The notes under the pieces are model-generated. The model was not told the origin of the DNA. It did no database searches and was given only the letters and a program-made list of their open reading frames with translations. Positions 55,858 to 64,000 of a DNA stretch of 64,000 nt are shown here, piece by piece. This stretch comes from Tepidisphaera sp. (GTDB lineage: Bacteria > Planctomycetota > Phycisphaerae > Phycisphaerales > UBA1924), in NCBI GenBank assembly GCA_050916045.1, contig CP051526.1, positions 416,001 through 480,000 of the forward strand, in the 5' to 3' direction. Positions within the stretch are counted from its first letter, which is position 1, and each line of letters starts with the position of its first letter. The position numbers were made by a program, and so were the translations under genes.

Positions 55858-57561
55858 ATGGCCACCACGCAGGTCAAAACCATCAGACTGGACGTGCTGG
55901 CCGGCCCCCAGGTCGAGCCGATCGTCGTAACGTCGGCCAAGACGCACGTGGTCGGCCGCGGGAACGCCGCGGACATCCGGCTTTTGGACGAGACGGTCTC
56001 ACGGCGGCACGCCCAGTTCTGGCTCGCCGCGGACACGTGGCTGATGAGCGATCTCGGTAGCCGGCACGGGACGAGCCTCAACGGCGTGCGGCTTCCGGCC
56101 GAGCAGGCGCTGCCCATCAAGGAGAACGACCTGATCGGGCTGGGTCCGTGGACCTTCGTCGTGCGCACGGGCCATCGGCACACGACCACCGGGTTCCTCA
56201 CGACGCAGGACGATGTGGTGGCGGCGACACGTCGCGTGCAGCGCGTGCCGCAGGCCGAACTGACCATCAAAGCCGAAGCCAAGCTCGACCTGATCGCCGA
56301 GAGCGCGGCGACGATCGCAGCGGCGATGGACGAAGCCGGGCTCGCGACGGCGACGATCAACGCCGCATCGGCGGGAACGGGCGTCGCTCGCGTGGCGTTC
56401 CTGCGGCACATCAACGGCGATGACGTCGACTTGATCGCTTCGAAGGGTCCGGTTTCAAGCCGGGCGGGCGGGGGCGGGCTGGATTTCTCGCGGTCCCTGC
56501 TCCGCGCCGCGGCGGAGGGCGAGGTTGTCCGCTTGGACCACGAAGCCACGCCGAATTTCGGCCAGAGCATCGTGCAGCTTGGCATTCACTCGGCCCTGTG
56601 CGCGCCGGTGATGGTGGGGTCGAGCCCGGGCGGTTATCTGTACCTGGATTCGCGGGTGGGCGAGTCGGCTTTGGCGCAGGACGCGGCGGCGTTCTGCCGA
56701 GCGATCGCTCGCATCGCGGGGCTCGCGCTTGGCAATCTGCGTGCCCGAGAGATCCGCCAGCGTCAGGAAGAGCTGCAGCATGACCTGGAAGCAGCGCACG
56801 AGGCGCAGGTGCGGCTTCTGCCGCCGCCGCGCGGCATGCTTCACCGCGTGGGGTACGCGATGCGTTCGATTCCGGGGCGTCACGTGGCGGGCGACCTCTT
56901 TGGTGCGCTCGCGCTGGACGGGGGCCGGACGGCGATCTTCCTCGGCGACGTTTCGGGCAAGGGCGTCGGGGCGGCGCTGCTGATGGCGACCGCGAAGGCG
57001 CACCTGGACGCGTCGCTGCTGTATCACGGGGACGCGGCGCGGGCGATCGCGGAGGTGAACCACTACGTGAGCCAGCACTGCGTGGATGGGAAGTTCATCT
57101 CGCTGTGGCTTGGGGTGTTCACACCGCAGAGCGATGGGGCGACGGAGCTTTCGTTCATCGACGCGGGGCACGGGTACTGGCTGGTGCGGGACGGTGCGGC
57201 TTCAAGCGTGCGGCGAGCGCAGTATCGCGGGGGGCTGCCGCTTGGCGTTGAGTCGACGGCGGGGTACGAAGCCGAGACCCTGATTCTCCCGCCTCGGTCC
57301 CGGCTTGTGATCTACTCCGACGGGGTGGTGGAACAGCAGTCGCCGGAGGGTGCGGAGTTCGGGGTGGAGCGGGCGATCGAGACGCTCGCGTCGTGCGGGG
57401 ATGTCGAGACCGACGTCGAGACGCTGGTGCGGGGCGTGATCGATTTCGCGCACCCGTCGTTTGCGGCGGGTTCGGGGCCCAGCGGGTCAAGGTCCAATCC
57501 GAACGAGCGCGTGGCGCGGCTTGCGGACGACGTCACAGTGGCTTCGATCATCGTGGGCTGA
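55858..57561 (+). CDS. FHA-GAF-PP2C (SpoIIE-like) Ser/Thr phosphatase
   Basis: FHA 'VGR..VSRRHA..DLGSRHGTSLNG'; GAF 'SALCAPV..YLYLDS'; PP2C 'VAGDLF', 'GDVSGKGVGAAL', 'DAGH', 'YSDGVVE', 'DDVT'. Confidence 0.9.
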   Translation: MATTQVKTIRLDVLAGPQVEPIVVTSAKTHVVGRGNAADIRLLDETVSRRHAQFWLAADTWLMSDLGSRHGTSLNGVRLPAEQALPIKENDLIGLGPWTFVVRTGHRHTTTGFLTTQDDVVAATRRVQRVPQAELTIKAEAKLDLIAESAATIAAAMDEAGLATATINAASAGTGVARVAFLRHINGDDVDLIASKGPVSSRAGGGGLDFSRSLLRAAAEGEVVRLDHEATPNFGQSIVQLGIHSALCAPVMVGSSPGGYLYLDSRVGESALAQDAAAFCRAIARIAGLALGNLRAREIRQRQEELQHDLEAAHEAQVRLLPPPRGMLHRVGYAMRSIPGRHVAGDLFGALALDGGRTAIFLGDVSGKGVGAALLMATAKAHLDASLLYHGDAARAIAEVNHYVSQHCVDGKFISLWLGVFTPQSDGATELSFIDAGHGYWLVRDGAASSVRRAQYRGGLPLGVESTAGYEAETLILPPRSRLVIYSDGVVEQQSPEGAEFGVERAIETLASCGDVETDVETLVRGVIDFAHPSFAAGSGPSGSRSNPNERVARLADDVTVASIIVG

Positions 57562-57574
57562 GGGCCGAAACCAA

Positions 57575-60500
57575 TCAGGCGGGAAGGGCGCTTGCCGGGG
57601 GCGTGTCCTGCGCGGGCTTGGCGTGGTCGTGGCCGGGGGTGCCGGGCGAGGTACCCGGTGAAGTACCGTGGCCGGCGTGGGCTTTGTGCGTGCCGGCCAG
57701 CAGGATGTAGATGGAGGGGACGACCAGCAGGGTGAAGATCGTGGAGATCGCCATGCCGGTGACGAGCACGATGCCGATGCTGTTTCGGGACATCGCGCCG
57801 GCGCCGGTGACAAGCACGAGCGGGAAGTGACCGACGATGGTCGCCACGCTGGTCATCAGGATGGGGCGGAGGCGGGTGAGGGCCGAGGTCTTGGCGGCTT
57901 CCCGCTTGCTGAGGCCCTGTTCCTGCAGTTGGTTCGCGAACTCGACGATCAGGATGCCGTTCTTGGCGACCAGGCCGACGAGGGTGATCAGTCCGACCTG
58001 CGAGTAGATGTTGACGGTGGTGAAGCCGAGGTACGTGAAGATGAGCGCGCCGGAGATGGCGAGGGGCACCGAGCCCAGAAGCACGATGAGCGGGTCGCGG
58101 AAGCTGCTGAACTGGGCCGCGAGAACGAGATAGATGAGGCCGAGCGCGAAACCGAGGGTCATCGCCAAGGATGAGCCCTCCTGGCGGAGCTGGCGGCTCT
58201 CGCCGACGTAGTCGATCGTGTATCCCGGAGGCAGGATCGGGCGGGCCGCATCTTCGAGGGCGCGGAGAGCTTCTTCTTTGGTGACGCCGGGACGGACGCC
58301 GCCCATGATCTTGACGCTGTTGCGCTGCTGGAAGCGGTTGAGGGTGCGGGGCGCGGCTTTGGTCTCAAGGCGGACGAACGAGGAGACGCTGACGAGGCCG
58401 CCGTCCTTGGCCCGGACCTTCATCTGGAGGATCTGGTCGGGGGTGATCCGTCCGGACTCTTCGATCTGGGGAATGACCTTGTAGCTTCGGCCGTCGTAAT
58501 TGAACCGGTTGACGTATCCGCCGCTGAGCATGATGGCGAGGTCGCGGCCGACGGTCGCGAGGTCAAGCCCCATGTCCGAGACGCGTTCGCGATCGATGAT
58601 GATCTTGGTCTGCGGCAGGTCGATCTTGAGGTCGGTGTCCGCGAACATGAACTTCTCGCTGGCGTAGGCCGCGGCCATGAGCTTGCCCGCGATCTCGGCC
58701 ATGTCCTCGGGCTGGTTCGAGCTGCTCACGATCATCTCGACGTCGAACTGTCCGGCTCCGGGGAGCGGGGGGGGCAGGACGGGGAACGCCTGCACGCCCG
58801 GAATCGAGGAGACGATGCCGAACGCCGGGCCGAGAAGCTCGGCGGTGGTCTTCTCACGCTCATCCCACTTGGTGGTCTGGATGCCACCGAAGCCCGAGGA
58901 GGGGGTCATGATGACGCGCCAGGCGAAGCCGGCTTCGGGAAGCTGGAGCAACGCCGTCGACACCTTCTGGGCGTGGTCGCGGGTGGAAGTGAGCGAAGCG
59001 TCGGGCGCGGCGGAGAGAACGAAGAAGATGCCGCCCTCATCCTCGGTCGGAGCCAGCTCCTTGCCGGACTGCTGGTAGAGCGGGACCGCGGCCGCCGCGA
59101 TCAGTACGGCCGCGAAAGCCATGCTCCAGCGGAGGTCGAGGGTGATGTCGAGCAGGCGGGAATAGCCGCGGCGAAGGCGATCGAAGATGCGATTGAGGAA
59201 CCGGGTGAACCGACTCTCGCGGCCGTGCGCCGGGACCAGCGCGGCGCTCATCACCGGCGAGAGCGTCACGGCGACGATGCCCGAGACGACGACGGCGGCC
59301 GCGAGCGTGAAGGCGAACTCCTTGAAGAGCACGCCCGTGAGGCCGCCTTGGAAACCGATGGGCGCGTACACCGCGGCGAGGGTGATCGTCATGGAGATGA
59401 CGGGGGCGAAGAGCTCGCGGGCGCCCAAGAGCGCGGCTTCCATCTTCGGCTTGCCCTCGCGGATGTGGCGTTCGACGTTTTCCACCATGACGATGGCGTC
59501 GTCGACGACCAACCCGACGGAGAGGACGATCGCCAGGATCGTGAGGAGGTTCAGGGAGAAGCCCATCGCCGCCATGAAGATGCATGCCCCGACGAGGGAG
59601 ATCGGGATGGCGACCAGCGGGACGAGCACCGTCCGGATCGAGCCAATGAACAGGAAGACGACGAGCGCGACGATGCCGACGGTTTCGGCGAGGGTCTTGC
59701 CGATCTCGGTGAGCGCATTGCTCATGTAGTAGGTACCGTCGTAGGCGAGCTTCATGTCGATGCCCGGCGGGAGCGACGGGCGGAGATCCTCCATCCGGGC
59801 TTTGAGCTTGGTCGCGACTTCGAGCTCGTTGGCGCTGGGAAGGGGCCAGACGGAGAGGTAGATGGCGGGGTTCTCGTTGAAGCCGGCTTCGCCGGTGGGC
59901 TCTTCGCTGCCGAGCTCGACGCGGGCGACATCCTTGAGGCGGACGATGGTCCCCTCGGTCTCGCGGACGATGAGCTGTTCGAACTCGGAGACGGTGCGGA
60001 GGTCGGTGTCGGTGATGAGATCGATCTGGATCTCGGCGCTCTTGGTGCGACCGACGGCGGCGATGAAGTTGTTGCGGCGGAGGGCTTCGTTAACCTCGGT
60101 GGGGGTGACGTCGAGGGCGGTGAGCCGGCTTTCGTTCAGCCAGATCCGCATGGCCATGTTGCGCGGGCCTTCGATGCCGCAGCGCTGAACGCCCTCGATG
60201 GTGCCCATTTCGGGCTGAACCTCTCGGACCAGGTACTCGGTGAGGCGGGTGAGGTCGAGGGAGGTGCTTGTGAAGCTCAGGTAGAAGGTGGCGAAAGGCC
60301 TGTCGGCGCGCTGGATCTCGATGGAGGGGGATTCGGCTTCGGTGGGGAGTTCGCTCCGCACCTGGTTGAGTCGGGCGCTGATCTCCGCGAGGGCATCGTT
60401 GCTGTTGTGGTTGAGGCGCAGGCGAACGGTGATGGTGCTGAGGCCGGGGGCGCTGGAGCTTTCGATGTAGTCGACGCCGTCGATGGCGGCGACGGCTTTC

Positions 60501-60706
60501 TCGATGGGGGTGGTGAGGAAGCCCTTGATGGTTTCGGCGCTGGCGCCGATGTAGGCGGTGGTGATGACGATCGAGGTGGACTCGATGCGCGGGTACTGGC
60601 GCACGGGGAGTGAGCCGATGGCTCGCCAACCCACCGCGAGAATGATGAGGTTGAGCACGATCGCCAGAACGGGCTTCTTGATGAACAGATCGGTGATCGA
60701 TGCCAT
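57575..60706 (-). CDS. RND efflux permease (AcrB/MexW-like)
   Basis: 'FIKKPVLA', 'VDDAIVMVEN', 'KNGILIVEFAN', 'RLRPILMTS'; 1043 aa. Confidence 0.95.
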   Translation of the reverse strand: MASITDLFIKKPVLAIVLNLIILAVGWRAIGSLPVRQYPRIESTSIVITTAYIGASAETIKGFLTTPIEKAVAAIDGVDYIESSSAPGLSTITVRLRLNHNSNDALAEISARLNQVRSELPTEAESPSIEIQRADRPFATFYLSFTSTSLDLTRLTEYLVREVQPEMGTIEGVQRCGIEGPRNMAMRIWLNESRLTALDVTPTEVNEALRRNNFIAAVGRTKSAEIQIDLITDTDLRTVSEFEQLIVRETEGTIVRLKDVARVELGSEEPTGEAGFNENPAIYLSVWPLPSANELEVATKLKARMEDLRPSLPPGIDMKLAYDGTYYMSNALTEIGKTLAETVGIVALVVFLFIGSIRTVLVPLVAIPISLVGACIFMAAMGFSLNLLTILAIVLSVGLVVDDAIVMVENVERHIREGKPKMEAALLGARELFAPVISMTITLAAVYAPIGFQGGLTGVLFKEFAFTLAAAVVVSGIVAVTLSPVMSAALVPAHGRESRFTRFLNRIFDRLRRGYSRLLDITLDLRWSMAFAAVLIAAAAVPLYQQSGKELAPTEDEGGIFFVLSAAPDASLTSTRDHAQKVSTALLQLPEAGFAWRVIMTPSSGFGGIQTTKWDEREKTTAELLGPAFGIVSSIPGVQAFPVLPPPLPGAGQFDVEMIVSSSNQPEDMAEIAGKLMAAAYASEKFMFADTDLKIDLPQTKIIIDRERVSDMGLDLATVGRDLAIMLSGGYVNRFNYDGRSYKVIPQIEESGRITPDQILQMKVRAKDGGLVSVSSFVRLETKAAPRTLNRFQQRNSVKIMGGVRPGVTKEEALRALEDAARPILPPGYTIDYVGESRQLRQEGSSLAMTLGFALGLIYLVLAAQFSSFRDPLIVLLGSVPLAISGALIFTYLGFTTVNIYSQVGLITLVGLVAKNGILIVEFANQLQEQGLSKREAAKTSALTRLRPILMTSVATIVGHFPLVLVTGAGAMSRNSIGIVLVTGMAISTIFTLLVVPSIYILLAGTHKAHAGHGTSPGTSPGTPGHDHAKPAQDTPPASALPA

Positions 60707-60785
60707 GGAGGTCTCGCTCTTCCGTGCGGAAGTTGAAGGGCCTTGTTCGGGAGCGCGAGATCGCGCGGGGTCGGCTCTCTGGGGG

Positions 60786-62003
60786 TTACTTCGTGGTTGC
60801 GGCGGCCGAAGCGGGCGCCGCCGGAGGAGCGACGAAGATCAGGGCCCCGTCGCGGAGCTTGAAGGATCCGGAGGACGCGATCTCGTCGCCGGCTTTGAGG
60901 CCTTCGGTGACGATGATGTCTTCCCCGAGGGTGGGGCCGATCTTGACGAACTGCTGCTTGGCGCGCAGGACGGGGTTGCCCTGGTCGTCCTTGCCCGCGG
61001 GAACGACCATGAACACCTGGTCGGCGTAGGAGGTTCGGCGGAGAGCGGTGCGGGGGATGGCGAGGTACGTCTGCGGTTCCTCGACCGGCACGCTGATCTG
61101 GATGAACATGCCGGGGCGCAGCTTGTCGTTCTTGTTGTCCACGACGGTGCGGACGCGAACGTTGCGGGTGGCGTTGTTGACGGCGGCGTCGACCGCGACG
61201 ACGCGGATGTCGATGGGCTCAGGCCCGAGGAGCGGCCCGGTGGCTTTCACGATGACGCCGGGCGCGACGCGGGGGAGGTATTCCTGGGGGATCGCGAAAT
61301 CGAGGTTGATGGTGTCGGAGACTTCCTGAAGCATGACGACCGAGGCGCCCTCGGCGAGGTACTGACCGGCGTGGACGTTGCGGAGACCGGCGCGGCCGCG
61401 GAAGGGGGCGCGGATGGTGCGTTTGTCCAAGCGGGTCTTGACCTGTTCGACGCGTGCTTTGGCCTGTTCGATCTCGGCGACGAGGCGGATACGGTCGGCG
61501 CGGGTGCGATCGAGCTCGGCGGCGGCGCGGTCGAGGTCGATGTCGGACATGGCCTTGAGCTTGACGGCTTCGTCGATGCGTCGGAGCTCGGTTTCGGCGA
61601 GCCGGAGGCGGGTGTCGGCGACGGCGACGTTGGCTTCGGCCACCTTGACGGAGGCCTGAGCGGCGACGAGATCGGCCTGGTCCTCGGCATCGTCGAGGGC
61701 GAGGAGTTCCGCGCCCTCCTCGATGATGGAGCCGGACTCAAAGTTGATGCGGGAGATGACGCCCGGGAGTTCGTTGCTCACGGTGACCGAGCGGAGAGCG
61801 AGCACGGTGCCCACGAGGCTTGAGGTGGGCTGCCAGGTGATCTCGCGGACCTTGACCACCTCGACGGAGGTCGCCGGCTCGCCGGGGCCCTTGGCTTCGG
61901 CGCTGGCTTGGTTCTGGCGGTGCTTGATGAACGCGAGCCCGCCGCCGACCACCGCGAGCAGGCCGAAGATCGCGACGCTGGCGAAAACAGTTGCCTTTTT
62001 CAT
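60786..62003 (-). CDS. RND efflux periplasmic adaptor (membrane fusion protein)
   Basis: ATG 62003; N-terminal TM; lipoyl half-motifs, coiled hairpin, 'IRAPFRG', 'LRPGMF', 'GLKAGDEI'. Confidence 0.93.
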   Translation of the reverse strand: MKKATVFASVAIFGLLAVVGGGLAFIKHRQNQASAEAKGPGEPATSVEVVKVREITWQPTSSLVGTVLALRSVTVSNELPGVISRINFESGSIIEEGAELLALDDAEDQADLVAAQASVKVAEANVAVADTRLRLAETELRRIDEAVKLKAMSDIDLDRAAAELDRTRADRIRLVAEIEQAKARVEQVKTRLDKRTIRAPFRGRAGLRNVHAGQYLAEGASVVMLQEVSDTINLDFAIPQEYLPRVAPGVIVKATGPLLGPEPIDIRVVAVDAAVNNATRNVRVRTVVDNKNDKLRPGMFIQISVPVEEPQTYLAIPRTALRRTSYADQVFMVVPAGKDDQGNPVLRAKQQFVKIGPTLGEDIIVTEGLKAGDEIASSGSFKLRDGALIFVAPPAAPASAAATTK

Positions 62004-62349
62004 GCCGGAATCCTGCTTCCCACCCCGTTCCCTCGGCCCGCCCGGGGCCATTCAAACACGTGTTTGACTGAGAATGGTACCCGCAGAAACCGGATTTTCC
62101 GCTCGGGGCCAGCGGAACGCATCGAAATTCATCAATATGCTGCTGGAGGTCCTTGGCCGGACAGTTGTTAAGTAAATTTTAATGACCCGGACTTCGGGTT
62201 TGTAGCGTGGCCAGGGCCACCGCTCGATCCCTTTCCTATCTCGGATGCCGGCCGATCGTCGGGCGACCTTGTTGCAACGTTTCACAGGTGCCGCGGCCTC
62301 TGGCGGAAGCGTGCGGCGGGCGAAGTTCCATCGCCGATATGCTGGGCGA

Positions 62350-62952
62350 ATGAAGCATGAGCAGGCCGTTCGGGCGGCGGTGAACGAGTACAACACCGAG
62401 TTTGCGACCAAGGGATGGGTCGCGATCTCGATGGGTGTGCTTTCGTCCTTGGTCATCTACGTGTTCATGCTGATGGCGTGCTGGGTGTTCTTCGGCGGCG
62501 GGTTTGTTCCGTGGTATGTGCTTGCGACGTTGATCTTCGCGATTTTCTTTGGTGTTTCGTGGTGGACGTGCTCCCGCGGGGTTGATCCGAGCGATGGCCT
62601 TCGGCCGATGGACGAGGATGATCTTGGCGCGGTCAAGGTGGCCCACCTGGCGACCGGGACGCTGATGAGTCCCCGGCACGCTTCGGCGGGAGCGGCCGGT
62701 CTCGTCATGCACGGAGCGGCGAGCATCCTCGAGGGCCGGTCGATGCTTGCGAGCAAGTTGCCCGAGGATGAAAGCACGGCCCGTGCGGCGGGGGAACTGC
62801 TTGCGCGACTCGCGGCCGAACAGAGCGTCCCGGTCAATCAGGTGAAGCTGCCAGCCGCGGCGCTGGTGCTTGTGCGCACGGGATTGGCGAAGGTGGACCG
62901 TGCGGGAACGGCTTTGCTCGCGACGGTCAAGGGGCGGGAAGCCGCTTCGTGA
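62350..62952 (+). CDS. Hypothetical membrane protein
   Basis: ATG 62350 preceded by TATGCT; two N-terminal TM segments; typical codon bias. Confidence 0.65.
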   Translation: MKHEQAVRAAVNEYNTEFATKGWVAISMGVLSSLVIYVFMLMACWVFFGGGFVPWYVLATLIFAIFFGVSWWTCSRGVDPSDGLRPMDEDDLGAVKVAHLATGTLMSPRHASAGAAGLVMHGAASILEGRSMLASKLPEDESTARAAGELLARLAAEQSVPVNQVKLPAAALVLVRTGLAKVDRAGTALLATVKGREAAS

Positions 62953-63063
62953 CGGTCGGCGGGTTCCGGCCCCGATGGGAGGGGCGAAATGCCTCGAATC
63001 CGTGAACCGGACGCGGATTGGTCGCGCTGGATCGGACCGGTTCGGTGATTCGGAGGCTGTCTC

Positions 63064-64000
63064 ATGCTGCTGGCTTCGACCCTGATTGCTTTGGCGTCCT
63101 TTCAACCGGCGTCCCCTTCGGCCGATGCTGCCAAGCCGGTGCGTTGGCCGGTTCACATCGTTGATGGTGACCGCCACCCCGGAGGCAGGTCGCCGGCGAT
63201 GGTGGTGGGCTCGCTCTTTACGGGCGGGCACTGCTACCGCGAAGACGATGGCAACCGGGTGCACGCGACGCCGGCGGGCCAGATCGTGATGCCGAGCCGG
63301 TACAAAGCGAACAAGTACAGCCCGGTGATGGCGGAGTACCTCCTCGGCAACGTGCGGCCGCGACCGGGGTGTGATGAGGAGGAGACTTGCGTCTTTCTGA
63401 CGAGCCCGCCGCTTGAGAATGGCTGGGACTTCACCGTCGACTCGGTCACGCTGACCGGGAACGTCTGGGAGGTGCAAGCAAGCTATTGGCACGACGACAT
63501 CAAGCATCAGTGGAGCCCGGGTGCGAACCGCGACGGCCAGATGCTTCGATTGGGCTGGCTGCCGGCGGGGGAGTATGTGTGCAGGCTCACGCTTCACGAT
63601 CGATTCATGTCGGCGGACGCCAAGCGGAAGGGGATCTACGAGCTCACCAAGGTCCGCACGGGCGAGGTCAAGTTCACGGTGACCAAGAGCGACCCGTGGC
63701 GATTTCACTCATGGGATCAGCCGCAGACCACCGCCGTTCTCAAGCTTGAGGACATGAAGGAAACGCGGCATGAGCCGGTGCCGGCCCAGCAGATGCCCTT
63801 CTACGCCGCCAAGCGCGAGGACGTCGTTCCGGTTGCTTCGGGCGGGTCGAAATCCGTCGAGCCGACGGTCGAGGTCCGCGTCGCGCCGGCGCTGGATTGG
63901 CGAAAGCACAGCCAGTCGGCCGAGGCTTTGTGGCAGAAAGCGAGCGGCGAGGCGGTGACGGACGGCGTGCTGGTGGCTGAGATCCGCGGGGGTGAGAAGC
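63064..64000 (+). CDS. Secreted hypothetical protein, 3'-partial (runs off right edge)
   Basis: Not in the ORF track. GGAGG then ATG 63064: MLLASTLIALASFQPASPSADAAKPVRWPVHIVDGD...; frame open to the end of the window. Confidence 0.75.
   Translation, partial: MLLASTLIALASFQPASPSADAAKPVRWPVHIVDGDRHPGGRSPAMVVGSLFTGGHCYREDDGNRVHATPAGQIVMPSRYKANKYSPVMAEYLLGNVRPRPGCDEEETCVFLTSPPLENGWDFTVDSVTLTGNVWEVQASYWHDDIKHQWSPGANRDGQMLRLGWLPAGEYVCRLTLHDRFMSADAKRKGIYELTKVRTGEVKFTVTKSDPWRFHSWDQPQTTAVLKLEDMKETRHEPVPAQQMPFYAAKREDVVPVASGGSKSVEPTVEVRVAPALDWRKHSQSAEALWQKASGEAVTDGVLVAEIRGGEK

Overview
High-GC bacterial chromosomal window, most likely from a planctomycete of the Phycisphaerae/Phycisphaerales type. This is inferred from the RpoB '[20 protein letters not shown]' signature, the C-terminal 'GC'-ending dockerin-like domains, the VPAP..GRRRR sorting tails and a CxxCGY..CPECG membrane protein. 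It carries a fragmented rplK-rplA-rplJ-rplL / rpoB-rpoC region, housekeeping genes (gatB, dut, ruvA, nadA, comM, a DEAD-box helicase), seven scattered glycan-biosynthesis genes, an RND efflux pair and an FHA-GAF-PP2C phosphatase. The most striking system is a modular surface-display family: seven secreted proteins with five different passenger types all end in a Cys-bracketed, double EF-hand dockerin-like domain of nearly fixed length (58 aa, or 54-55 aa) ending in GC, with no cohesin-like partner visible. Other notable signals are pervasive SD-less starts with a TAYNNT hexamer 5-9 nt upstream (probable leaderless mRNAs), an RNA polymerase beta' subunit lacking 3 of 4 Cys of its second Zn site, a sigma54-like motif ahead of rpoB, a possible divergent macrodomain after gatB, and an orphan Imm26-like gene. 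I saw no rRNA, tRNA, CRISPR array, transposase or integrase. All calls come from reading the sequence by eye; no searches were run.
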